Assembly (NCBI RefSeq): GCF_030144855.1
Contig: NC_082722.1
Coordinates: 44,454,001 to 44,518,000, forward strand
Reading direction: 5' to 3'
Source: Hypanus sabinus
Taxonomy: Eukaryota
Length of the DNA: 64,000 bases
A program made the position numbers and the translations under genes. How positions within the stretch are numbered: position 1 is the stretch's first letter; each line of letters starts with the position of its first letter. Shown here piece after piece: positions 52,601 through 63,525 of this stretch. The notes under the pieces are model-generated. The model did no database searches. It was not told where the DNA came from and saw only the letters and a list, made by a program, of their open reading frames with translations.

Positions 52601-55484
52601 AATGCTCTAACCATGTTAGTAACTTTCCTGTAATACGATGGGCCCTTAACTTGGTAAACATTTTCATCTTGACCTTGTCAAAGGGCTTCTGAGAGTCCAA
52701 ATTTACGACATCCACTGCATCCCTTTTATCTATCCTACTTGTAATCTCCTCAAAGAATTCCAACAGGTTTGTCAGGCAAGATTTTCCCTTAAGGAAGTCA
52801 TGCTGACTTTGTCCTATCCGGTCCTGGGTCACCAGCTACACGTAATGCCTGTGTGTAGGTTTGCAATGCGTTGAATCAAGCAATAGAAACGTCAAAATAA
52901 TGGTGAGTAGTTTGCCATTAACCTCCTAGTCAAAACATGAAGCACTACTTCTGGAATAGCTTAAGGAGGAATAATTGCCTTTTTGTGAACAAATGATATT
53001 AAATATTGTTTAGAAATGTGAGAGTATAGTTTCCAGCATTGGATACTTTAAGTCTCAGTTTTTTCAACTATCATTAAATTATATTTGGAGTACATTCCTC
53101 AAAAAGAACAACTATATTGATATAACACACACATCTCTTTCAAGTCACCCCATAGCACGTTACAGCCAATGACATGTCTTTTAACATACTGCTGTTGTCA
53201 CATTGCAAATGGTGTTTTGTACTGTGCTGCAACAACGTTTAAAATTCCGCTCTGTGTTTTCAGGTAGCAGTCAGCTCAAAGAAACTATAACAAATAATCA
53301 ATACGCCTGCTTGGCTTTTTGTCTTCATAGGACCCAAATTAACTAGCAGGTCAAGAGTATTACTCACAGTGGTTTTGACGTCTCTGATCACAGCAGTTGT
53401 CTGTTTTGGAACTTGCCTTTTCTACAATAAAGGGACAGGTAAGTAATAGAACTTTTAAGACTCATTTTTGGGATGAGGTTGAGTTTACCAAGGCTGCATT
53501 TACTTACCCTTAATTTTCCCAAGAAGGTGATGGTGTCCTATCTCTTCGATTAATTCGGGTTTGTTTGATGATACTGATGGTGATGTTACCTCAGTGTGTT
53601 TGAGTAAAATACTTAAGTGATACCAAGCTTCTGACAGTGATCCTTTCCTCTTGTCCCTTGTGCTTTATTGTACTGTAATATTTTTTTCAGTTGCACAATA
53701 TTTAACTAAGCATGAGATTGATCAGATTTGCATACTTGATGTGTTTTAGTGTTCAGTCCATCTATTATCTTGACTGCTTTTGAAAAAATTAACTTCACTG
53801 CGATTGTTAAAAGCAGCAAATGTTGGAAATATTCAGCAGGTCAGTCCATGTTGGTGGGAGGAGAAACAGAGCAAACGTTTCACATCCAAGGGTTTTCCAC
53901 ATGGAGCATTGATTCTGTTTCACTCCTCACGCATGCTGCCTGACCTGCTGAGTATTCTTTGCATTTTCTGCTTTCAGTTTAGATCTTCAGTATCTGCATC
54001 TTTTTTATATATATTTGAACTGGAATTGATCATTGTCCATCTATCAGATTAGTAAAGGAGCATTCCTTAAAAAAAAGCAAGAGGATCAGCTAAATAAATA
54101 AGGAGTGAGAAATGATCTGGAAGGTTAGATCAAATGAGATCCAAGGTGAGATAACCAATTGGATGAGAATGTTGGCAGCATGGTTAGTAAGTTAGCATAT
54201 CTAAGATTGCAGTCAAGTCTTGATTAACTGAGCCAGTGTGCCGAGAAATGACAGATGGGTTTTGATTCAGATAAATGCGAAGTCTTACATATGAGAAAGA
54301 CAAAAAGTGCAGCAAAGTAAATGATAGGGTCCTAGTGATTACTGGGGACTAGAGACCCAGGGGTGCAGGTGCATGGTTCCGTGGAAGGGGCAACACACAT
54401 AGACATATACTGAGGAAGGTATCAGGATATTGAATAGAATAATTGAGAACATCATGTTATAGTTGTACAAAATGTTAGGCCACATTTAAAGTACTGCATG
54501 CAGACCGGGTTGTGCAGCTGTAGGAAGAACATCATTCAGTTGAAAAGGATACAAAAAAGATTCAGGAGAATGTTAATTGAACTGGAGGGTTTGAGTTATA
54601 ATGAGAGGCTGGATAGGCTAGCCCATTGTCCTATGGAGCATTGGAGGCTGAGGGGTGGCCTGATGGAGATCAATAAAATCAAGAGGTGAACTGCCACCAT
54701 CTTTATTGCAGAATAGGGCAGTTCAAAATGAGAGGGCCTATGTTTAAAGTGAGTGAAAAAAAATAAAAATAAAAGGGGCCTAAGAGACAACGATCTCACG
54801 CAGAGGGTGGTCCTGTATGGATCGAGCTGCAGAGTGGGTACAGTTACAATGGTTAAAAGGCAGCTCAACAGGTACATGGAAAGGAAAGATTTAGAGGGCA
54901 ATGGGACACCTCAGTTTGACATGATCCAGTTGGGCTGAAAGGCCTGTATTTCATGCAGTATAGTTCTATTACTCTGATGGGGAGAATATTATAAATAGCA
55001 GAGCCTTTTTTCTTTAGTAAAGAACAACAAATTGATTATGTTTCTCTTTGATTTTCAGTTACTCCCAGAGTGACAAACATTGTTAAATCAAACCACTGGA
55101 ACACCAACACTACGCATTCTCTTGCCTGTGCAGTTTACTGGTTCGGACCAACGCCAATTGTTGTGTCTTGGTACAGGGAGGAAGTGGGTAACTTCCAGAG
55201 AGTCCTCGTTGGTAAATGGGACAACACTTCACAGTGTGCAAAAAGGAGGACAGAAGGGTGTTTTCAGACTGAACAAGAAGATAAAGCAATGTTGTTCCTT
55301 GAAGGAACATATGATATTGCTGTGACTTGGAAAAGCCAAAGAAGTAGTGGAATGTACAGTTTAATATCTCAGCTCACCTTCAGACGTGCAAGAGCTGCAG
55401 AAGGAAAGCAAGCGTACTATTTTAATGTCCAGCATGACTCACTGAAGCAAAACATTCTAAGATCGGTTATTGTAGAAATGGAAG
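40584..55484 (+). CDS. B7-H6/NCR3LG1-like Ig-superfamily membrane protein (L-V-C1-TM-C1...), 3'-incomplete
   Basis: join(40584-40665,48558-48899,49851-50180,53331-53438,55059-55484,...) is open, GT-AG, all phase 1. B7-H6-like motifs YRPGSSL...GNASL and [12 protein letters not shown]...[10 protein letters not shown]. Orthology is not established. Confidence 0.88.
40866..40959. repeat. Tandem repeat, 2 x 46 bp
   Basis: tgtgagtgaaagggaagggaaggggagaagactttgattaaccctt is repeated exactly. Confidence 0.9.
41898..45865 (+). mobile_element. Young non-autonomous Gypsy LTR retrotransposon carrying host myosin sequence
   Basis: LTRs 41898-42560 and 45176-45865 differ by a handful of substitutions plus indels. 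TSD GGAA; tRNA-Pro PBS tggggtgctcgtccggg at 42564; PPT ggtggagggagag. Decayed PNMA-type gag, protease (AILGTGA), RT (VLDLRSG, YVDD); RNase H and integrase core are missing. Confidence 0.95.
44420..44780 (+). pseudogene. MYH16: Captured MYH16-like myosin rod fragments inside the LTR element
   Basis: EDLQ...LTEGNSKL; [41 protein letters not shown]; [24 protein letters not shown]; MRKNTDSM. These resemble recalled sarcomeric myosin rod segments, with the MYH16-type LKMTID. Confidence 0.75.
47202..47386. mobile_element. Penelope-like hairpin insertion
   Basis: Inverted arms of the same family as 29047-29229, flanked by direct repeat ataacagtacc (47191-47201 and 47387-47397). Confidence 0.8.
47298..47331 (+). 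ncRNA. Minimal type I hammerhead ribozyme (Penelope pLTR type)
   Basis: gtc-CTGATGA-a-GGGT(ctcg)GCCC-GAA-ACGT-C-gac: conserved core, stem II, palindromic stem III and a GUC cleavage triplet. Confidence 0.7.
47480..47850 (+). mobile_element. Rex1-type 3' UTR fragment
   Basis: Ends ...gttaacacatgatatatttcactgctgtacatgtgataaataaa, like the tails of other Rex1-type copies. Confidence 0.55.
48558..48899 (+). CDS. IgV-set exon
   Basis: LSCLF...IEW...[20 protein letters not shown]; 342 nt, phase 1-1. Confidence 0.95.
49190..49510 (-). mobile_element. CR1 3' end fragment
   Basis: [14 protein letters not shown]...GNFFTQR...FKRSLDRYM. Confidence 0.8.
49851..50180 (+). CDS. IgC1-set exon
   Basis: [11 protein letters not shown]...W...DGTFNLIS...[10 protein letters not shown]; 330 nt, phase 1-1. 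Confidence 0.95.
50931..51011. mobile_element. 81-bp hAT MITE
   Basis: TIRs cagtggttcccaacc and ggttgggaacccctg; 8-bp TSD tactagag / ttctagag. Confidence 0.85.
51525..52835 (-). mobile_element. CR1 LINE fragment
   Basis: [20 protein letters not shown] and [13 protein letters not shown] motifs. Confidence 0.88.
53331..53438 (+). CDS. Transmembrane exon
   Basis: Encodes [36 protein letters not shown]; 108 nt, phase 1-1, no stop. Confidence 0.85.
54110..54970 (+). mobile_element. CR1 LINE fragment
   Basis: [30 protein letters not shown]. Confidence 0.75.
55059..55484 (+). CDS. Post-TM atypical C1-type Ig exon
   Basis: 142-codon open exon, phase 1-1, strong acceptor and GTGAGT donor. [17 protein letters not shown]...[10 protein letters not shown]...[10 protein letters not shown]. 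Confidence 0.8.
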
Positions 55485-55599
55485 GTGAGTTGCTCTTATT
55501 TTATTGCAGAATAAGTCAAAATAAAATCTGAAATATTTTAAACTATACCGAAATAGACATTGATAAGAAATAGAAACCCTTTGGGATTCTTTGTTCTGT

Positions 55600-56198
55600 A
55601 CAATCTATAGCTGCTGGCAGTCTATTCCACACACTCACCACTCTCTGCGTAAAAAAACTTACCCCTGACATCTCCTCTGTACCTACTTCCAAGCACCTTA
55701 AAATTATGCCCTCTCATGTTAGCCATTTCAGCCCTGGGAAGAAGCCTCTGACTATCCACACGGTCAATGCCTCTCATCATCTTATACACATCTATCAGGT
55801 CACATCTCATCCTCCATCACTCCATGGAGAAAAGGCCGAGTTCACTCAACCTATTCTCGTAAGGCATGGTCCCCAATCCAGGCAACATCCTTGTAAATCT
55901 CCTCTGCACCCTTTCTATGGTTTCCACATCCTTCCTGTAGTGAGGTAACTAGAACTGAGCACAGTACTCCAAGTGGGGTCTGACCAGGGTCCTACATAGC
56001 TGCAACATTACCTCCCTGCTCTTAAACTTAATCCCACGATTGATGAAGGCCAATGCACCGTATGCCTTCTTAACCACAGTCAACCTACACAGCAGCTTTG
56101 AGTATCCTATGGACTCAGACCCCAAGATCCCTCTGATCCTCCACATTGCCAAGAGTCTTACCATTGATACTATACTCTGCTATCATATTTGACCTACC
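55600..56198 (-). mobile_element. CR1 3' fragment interrupted by an LTR
   Basis: KKAYGALAFINRG...RPHLEYCAQF; the CR1 sequence stops at the TG of the LTR at 56199. Confidence 0.85.
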
Positions 56199-56702
56199 TG
56201 TTGTGTTCGTGGCCTGGCTACACAAGAATGTTATTATAAAACGCTGGAGATGGGAGCTAAGTTTCATGTTTCTTTGCCAGCAGAATCCCAACTTGGTCCA
56301 CACATACATATCAATATGTGCCTAATATCACGTACTCAATATGTGCCTAATCATGCAACGATGTGTCTAATAACACATGCAATGACATGTCATTACAACA
56401 TAAAGTAGTCCCTTATTATACTGTAGTCTATAAGGTACACTCCTCCCCTTTTATTTTAATAGTGTATCAACTTTTTTTACTAGGGCACTATGCTAAACAA
56501 ATATGTTTACCCTTAACATACAAACACCTACCATTTGTTTACTTAGTAACTTAATAATATAAAATTATAACAAAATAATGTAATAATATCAAATTATAAG
56601 AAGCCTTTTTTTTACTTTTTGTCTAAGACCCATTTGTAACTCAAGTCTCGGGGGGGGGGAGGGGGGAACCGGTCTTCTCTGCCTCTCCGGGTAACGTCTG
56701 TC

Positions 56703-57254
56703 AATAACTTTGTTTTAATACAGATTTCCATATAAAAGTCATGAAAAGTTGACCTCTGAGCATAGGGAGTTAAGAAAGTGTGAGTTCTAGGCAGCAGATC
56801 GCCTCTGTATAATGAAGACTCCTCTGTGCAGCTGTCCTAGATATATGCGCATCTTTGTGCTATCATTTGTCTTCCTTACCCATATCTCATTTGATCCAAC
56901 TGAGCTAATTACACAGTCAATCTTCATATTCTCCTTAGATTCAAAATAGATAGCCTGACTTTTATGATGCCATCTCTTAATATAACTTTCCATCTTCCAT
57001 TTGTGCTTCATATCCTGGTGATGGTGATTCAGCCGGAGTGCTGGGAAGATGCTTAGGAGAAGATGGAGATGCTGGTCTTTTCAGAGATTTAAGTTTATTG
57101 AGAGTTTGCAGAACTTCCATTATCTGTTCATCTGTTAACGAGTAATTTAACTGTGCAGCTGCAGGTTTTTGTCTTTTGTCTGTAATTGGAACAGGGTCAT
57201 CAGGTTCCCTCCTTAGTTTCCTAGTCATTCTTGGCTTCACCTCCATAGAATCTC
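56703..57254 (-). pseudogene. SUDS3: Intronless 3' half of SUDS3 (SDS3) CDS plus short 3' UTR, frameshifted
   Basis: [77 protein letters not shown]...EDGKLY / [15 protein letters not shown]...[40 protein letters not shown]-stop (56787), matching the vertebrate SDS3 C-terminus. Confidence 0.93.
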
Positions 57255-57388
57255 TAATGTCTTTAGCAGTAGTTTTGTTCGTTTCAGAGGTATCTGAGTG
57301 AACAGTCATTTGTAGTTGTGTAAAGAGATCACTGTTAAAGCTGAGCCTGTGACCAACCCCATTTTCACTCTCACGCCTGCCACTTGTC

Positions 57389-58195
57389 AGATTCAGATTC
57401 AGTTTATTGTCATTAATAAACCACAAATACAATGCAGTTGAAAAATGAGACAACATTCTCCAGAATGATATCATGAAAAAGCACAAAACAGACTATACAA
57501 GAAAAACCACGTAACATTTGGTAATCCCCAATCCAGTGTCCGGAGAGGCTGCTGCGTATCGATATCGCGCTACCGTCTTAGCACATTCCCCGGAAAGGAA
57601 CTACAAACCCATCAGACAAACCTAAAACTACATACACAAAACTGCATAGTTACATATATTTATAGTTAACATATAGTTTCAACAGTGCAGACAATACCAT
57701 AATTGATAAAAGACTAACTGACAAAGACCACATAATGATAACACATAGTTTCAACAGTGCAAAGCAATACTGTAATCTGATAAAGAGCAGTCCATGCACG
57801 GTTTAAAAGAAAGTCTCAAAGTCCCAACAGCCCATCATCTCACGCAGACAGTAGAAGGAAGAAAAACTCTTCCTGCCATGAACCTCCAGCGCCGCAGCTT
57901 ACTGATACAGCACTTTGGGAGCTCCGAGCACCATCTCTGCCAAGCGCTTCGACCCCAGCACCGGCCGCCAAGCAACGGGCAAAGCCAAGGATACGGGGCC
58001 TTCCTCCCGGAGATTTTTCCGATCACACAGTAGCAGCAGCAGCGAAACAGACATTTCAAAAGTTCCACCAGATGTTCCTCCGTGCTTCACACGTCCGTCT
58101 CCATCAAATCAGGATTGTACATGGTCTCTACTTACAGATAACAGATATTCATTCCTGGAGTGGCCGCCGCGCGCTGCGTCGTGCTGCCATCTTGG
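57389..58195 (-). mobile_element. Non-autonomous Rex1-type element inserted into the Gypsy protease region
   Basis: 5' end ccaagatggcagcacgacgc and (ctgaat)n tail on minus; no ORF. Confidence 0.65.
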
Positions 58196-58722
58196 GGTTG
58201 TGGAGTGATCCTTATTACTCTTCGATCATCTGTCTCTTTCATGCTGTGAAGTTGCAGACAAGACAACTTTTGTCTGAGGCATTTTCATCAGAACTGCTTT
58301 CTTCCATTTTTTGTACATTGTTGTGTTTTTCTTTCTGGGGTTTCTTGTTTCTCTGTATTTTGTCCTTTTTCTGCTGTTTGCATACTCTGCCAGTTTGGCC
58401 CTGTTTTCCACAGTTTCTGCATTCTTTGTCTTTTAACCAACAGACGTCAAAGTCATGTGACATGTTCCAAAAATGGTAACATTTCTTTTCTTCATTTCTG
58501 CTCAGTGACATTTTATTTGTAGCGTATTCCAGAGATTTTTGTTGTATTTCTGATGCACCCTGTGCTACTGTTTCAGCAATTTTCAGCACCTTCTCTAATG
58601 TAAGGTCTTTTCTACCCAGGAGCTTCTATGTGGTTTCACAGTGCATGCAACACATTAACCTGTCCCTCAATGTGTTCGATAGACCAGCATCAAATTGACA
58701 ATGTTCTGATAATTTGCGCAAT

Positions 58723-61700
58723 TCAGAATCAGAATCAGAATGAGACTTTAATTGCCAAGTACCTGTACACATACAGGTAATTTACTTCCGGCAGATTGTC
58801 TCTCTGCTCATAACAGATGATAAATATAAATGAAAATATAGATTATACATACAAGTAGTGCAATCCAAGTAATAGTTATACTGTAGCGGTATGCTACATG
58901 CAGCGCTAAAATTACGACACGGATTCGGTAACTGCAGTTGAAGAAAAAACTTTATTCGAAATACCGAGCCTTGTTTTTAAGCCTCCCTCAACCTGACCCC
59001 CCCCCCCCCCCCACCCGTGGCGCAGAGGCTCCAAAGCTCTGTGCTCGCAAACCCCCATAGGCTATCTCCCTTAGCCGGAACGCTGGCTAAATGTGAGCCA
59101 GTGTGTGCCAGGAAATAGGTCGCCACATAACCCCCCCCAGAACCGGCGATACACCCCCCAATGTCCACAGTCTGGGCCGGAACCTGTTTGGGAGGTTGTC
59201 CTCTGCGCCGAGGTGCTGGAAACTCGACCGGTTGCGCCAGGTCCACATGGGCCGGTTTGAGTCGGTCCACCGTGAAAACCTCCTCTCTCCCCCCAACGTC
59301 CAGCACGAATGTGGACCCGTTGTTCCGGAGCACCTTAAACGGCCCCTCGTAGGGCCGCTGTAGCGGTGGCAGATGCCCGCCTCTTCGTACAAACACAAAC
59401 TTACAGTTCTGCAGGTCTTTGGGTACGCAGGTCGGGTTCTGCCCATGCTGCGTAGTGGGTATGGGGGCCAGGTTACCGAGCTTCTCGCGTAGTCTGCCCA
59501 GGACTGCTGCGGGTTCTTCCTCTTGCCCCCTTGGGGCTGGTATGAACTCCCCGGGGACGACCAGGGGCGCGCCATACACCAACTCGGCTGACAAGGCATG
59601 CAGATCATCTTTGGGTGCCGTGCGGATGCCGAGTAGGACCCAGGGAATCCCGTCCACCCAGTTAGCTCCTCGCAGGCGGGCCATGAGAGCCAACTTCAGG
59701 TAACAATGGAAACGCTCCACTAGCCCGTTCGACTGTGGGTGGTAGGCAGTTGTGTGGTGCAGCTGAGTCCCCAGAACCCTGGCCATAGCTGACCACAGGC
59801 CGGAGGTGAACTGGGCGCCTCTGTCGGAGGTAATGTGGGCCGGTACACTAAAGCGAGATATCCAGGTGGCGATCAGTGCCCGGGCGCAAGATTCGGAGGT
59901 GGTGTCGGTGAGCGGGACTGCCTCTGGTCATCTTGTGAACCGGTCCACGATAGTCAGGAGGTGCCGCACTCCTCGCGACACTGGCAGGGGCCCACGATAT
60001 CCACATGAATGTGGTCGAAATGCCGGTGGGCGGGGTGGAACTGCTGTGGTGGGGCTTTGGTGTGCCGCTGCACCTTGGCCGTCTGGCAGTGCATGCACGT
60101 TCTGGCCCATTCACTGACCTGCTTGCGGAGTCCGTGCCAAACGAACCTGCTGGAAACCATCCAGACAGTTGTCCGGATGGAGGGATGCACCAAGTTATGA
60201 ATGGAGTCGAAAACGTGTCGCCGCCAAGGTGCCAGGACGACGGGACGGGGCTGGCGGGTGGCGACATCACAGAGTAGGGTCCTCACACCTGGGCCTATGG
60301 GGAGATCCTGGACCTGCAAACCAGAGACTGCGGTTCTGTAACTCGGAATCTCCTCACCTGCCTGCTGTGCCTCTGCCAGTGCCTCAAAGTCTACTCCTTG
60401 GGAAAGGGCATGAATGTTAGGGCGAGAGAGCGCATCCGCCACGACATTGTCCTTACCCGAGACGTGCCGGACGTCCGTCGTGTATTCAGAGATGTAGGAC
60501 AGGTGGCGTTGCTGGTGGGATGACCAGGGGTCGGACGCTTTCGTAAACGCAAAGGTAAGCGGTTTGTGGTCCGTGAACGCGGTGAAGGGCCGACCTTCTA
60601 GGAAGTACCTGAAATGCCGGATTGCCAGGTAGAGCGCCAACAGTTCCCGGTCAAAAGCACTGTACTTGAGCTCGGTTGGCCGCAGGTGTTTGCTGAAAAA
60701 TGCCAGTGGTTGCCAGCGACCTGCGATGAGTTGCTCCAGTACCCCACCGACTGCCGTGTTAGATGCGTCCACTGTGAGGGCGGTAGGGATGTCCATTCTG
60801 GGATGTACTAGCATCGCGGTGTTCGCCAAAGCTTCCTTCGTTTGAACGAAAGTGGCGGCGGACTCCTCGTCCCAGGTAATGTCCTTGCCCGGACCAGACA
60901 GCAGGGCGATCAGGGGGCGCATGATCCGGGCAGCTGAAGGGAGGAAACAGTGGTAGAAATTGACCATACCTACGAATTCCTGAAGGCCTTTGATCGTGGT
61001 GGGTCGGGGGAAGTGGCGGACCACATCTACCTTAGCGGGCAGAGGGGTTGCCCCGTCTTTAGTAATCCTGTGGCCCAGGAAGTCAATGGTATCGAGTCCG
61101 AACTGGCATTTGGCGGGGTTGATTGTTAGACCATACTCACTCAGTCGGGCGCAGAGCTGACGGAGGTGGGACAGATGCTCCTGACGACTGCTGCTGGCTA
61201 TGAGGATGTCGTCCAAGTAGATGAACGCGAAGTCCAGGTCCCGTCCCACCGCGTACATTAACCGCTGGAACGTCTGTGCGGCATTCTTCAGGCCGAACGG
61301 CATGCGGAGGAACTCAAAAAGGCCTAACGGGGTGATGAGAGCCACTTTGGGGATGTCGTCAGGATGCATCGGGATTTGATGGTACCCTCGGACGAGGTCT
61401 ACCTTGGAGAAGATCCGTGTGCCGTGCAGGTTTGCTGCAAAGTCCTGAATGTGCGGCACAGGGTAGCGGTCCGGTGTGGTAGCCTCGTTCAGCCTGCGGT
61501 AGTCGCCGCACGGTCTCCAGCCCCCTGTCGCTTTGGGCACCATGTGCAGGGGGGAGGCCCATGGGCTGTCGGACCGCCGGATGATCCCCAATTCCTTCAT
61601 CCTCTTGAACTCCTCCTTCGCCAGTCGGAGCTTGTCCAGGGGAAGCCGCCGAGCACGGGCGTGGAGGGGTGGTCCCTGGGTCGGGATGTGGTGCTGTACG

Positions 61701-63525
61701 ATGTGTTGGGGCATGGCTGCTGTGAACTGCGGTGCCAGAACCGATGGGAAATCCACCAGGACCCTGGTGAAGTCGTTGTCGCACAGCTTGATGGAGCCGA
61801 GGTGAGGGGCTGGCAACTGGGCTGCACCCAGGGAGAACGTCTGAAAGGTCTCAGCGTATACCAGTCTCTTCCTGGGCAGGTCAACCAGTAGGCTGTGAGC
61901 CTGCAAAAAATCCGCACCCAGAAGCGGTTGGGCTACGGCGGCCAGTGTGAAGTCCCACGTGAACTGGCTGGAGCCGAACTGTCGCTGCACCTGGCGGGTG
62001 CCATAGGTCCTTACTGTGCTGCCATTCACGGCCCTCAGGGGGGGACCCGGTGCCCTGCTGCGGGTGTCGTAACTCGTCAGAGGTAAAAAACGCTGATCTC
62101 GGCACCGGTTTCGACCAAAAACCGGCGTCCCGACCTTCTATCCCACACATACAGGAGGCTATCCCGATGGCCAGCCGCCGTAGCCATCAGCAGCGGCTGG
62201 CCCTGGCATTTCCCGGAAACTTGCAGGGCGGGCGACAACGGCAGGCTTCTGCGCCCCACCGCTGGTGGTAGAAGCATTAGTGTTCGTTGGGCCCCCCACC
62301 CCTGCCCCAGGGGTTGGCGGGCTCTGCGGCCGGGCCTGGACTGGTTTGCTGCTGGGAGCGTGGCTGGGTGATCTGTGCGATGGACGCCCCACTCACCTTT
62401 TTGGCGTTCCACAGCAAGTACACCTGGGCTGCCACCTTCCAGGGGTCACTGAAATCCACGTCGGACAGCAGCAGGCGTATGTCCTCGGGCAGCTGCTCCA
62501 GGAATGCCTGCTCAAACACACGTGTGTGTCCGTCGGCCAGAGACAACATCTCATTCATTAAAGCCAATGGAGGTCTGTCTCCCAAGCCATCCAGGTGCAG
62601 TAAACGGGCAGCCCGCTCGCGCCGTGAGAGTCCGAAAGTCCTGAGGAGCAGGGCTTTGAATTCCGTGTACTTGCCGTCCGCTGGGGGCCACTGTACGAAC
62701 TCCGCGACCTGGGCTGCTGTGTCCTGGTCGAGGGAGCTCACCACGTAGTAGTAGCGGGTGGCTTCTGAGGTGATCTGCCGAACGTGGAATTGGGCTTCAG
62801 CTTGCTGTAACCATAGGTTCGGTCACTGTGTCCAGAAACCCAGCAGTTTCAACGAAACCACATGAACAGAGGCGGCATCAGTCATTTCTGGTCCAAAAAT
62901 CGTTTGGACCGTCGGGGTCACCAATTGTAGCGGTGTGCTACATGCAGCGCTAAAATTACAACACGGAGCCGGTAACTGCAGTCGAAGAAAAAGCTTTATT
63001 CAAAATACCCAGCCTTGCTTTTAAGCCTCCCTCAACCTGCCCCCCATGGCGCAGAGGCTCCAAAGCTCTGTGTTCGCAAACCCCCGTAAGCTATCTCCCT
63101 TAGCCGGAACGCTGGCTAATTGTGAGCCGGTTTGGATGTGCCAGGAAATGGGTCGCTACAAGCCGACAGTTAACCGGCAGTTAACTGTTCAGCAAAGTGA
63201 CCGCAGTAGGGAAAAAACTTCTCCAGTGCCTATTAGTCTTAGTCTGGAGGGATCTGAAGCGCCTACCAGACAGAAGCAGTTCAAACAGTCCGTGCGCAGG
63301 ATGGAAGGAGTCCTTTATGATGTTCCCCGCCCTCTCCTTCAACCTGGAAGAGTACAGGTCCACAATAGAGGGCAGGGAGGCTCCAATGATGCGCTCGGCA
63401 GTCCTCACTGTGCGCTGTAGTCTGGTTCTATCCTGCTTGGTGGCGGCTCCAAACCACACAGTGATGGAGGTGCACAGGACAGACTCAATGACTGCAGTGT
63501 AGAACTGCAGCAGCAATTCCTGAGG
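58723..63525 (-). mobile_element. 5'-truncated Rex1 LINE, split by the Gypsy at 58882-63160
   Basis: PQELLLQFYTAVIESVLCTSITVWF...HWRSFFPTAVTLLNS (63181-63516); 3' UTR resumes at 58881 and ends in an (attctg)n tail. Confidence 0.85.
58882..63160 (-). mobile_element. Full-length Gypsy LTR retrotransposon, inactivated by a few stops and frameshifts
   Basis: LTRs at 58882-59127 and 62926-63160. tRNA-Trp PBS tggtgaccccgacg (62910-62923); poly-G PPT. gag at ~62200-62887; 691-aa RT (YLDD)/RNase H ORF at 59954-62029; integrase to ~59130. Confidence 0.95.

Noticed and set aside
56787-57486. SUDS3 as a real host gene at this locus
   Set aside because: Only the 3' half is present; it is intronless, frameshifted at GKLY, and embedded between Gypsy protease and integrase tail.
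59087-62748. Many overlapping ORFs on both strands
   Set aside because: These are shadow ORFs of GC-rich Gypsy gag-pol.
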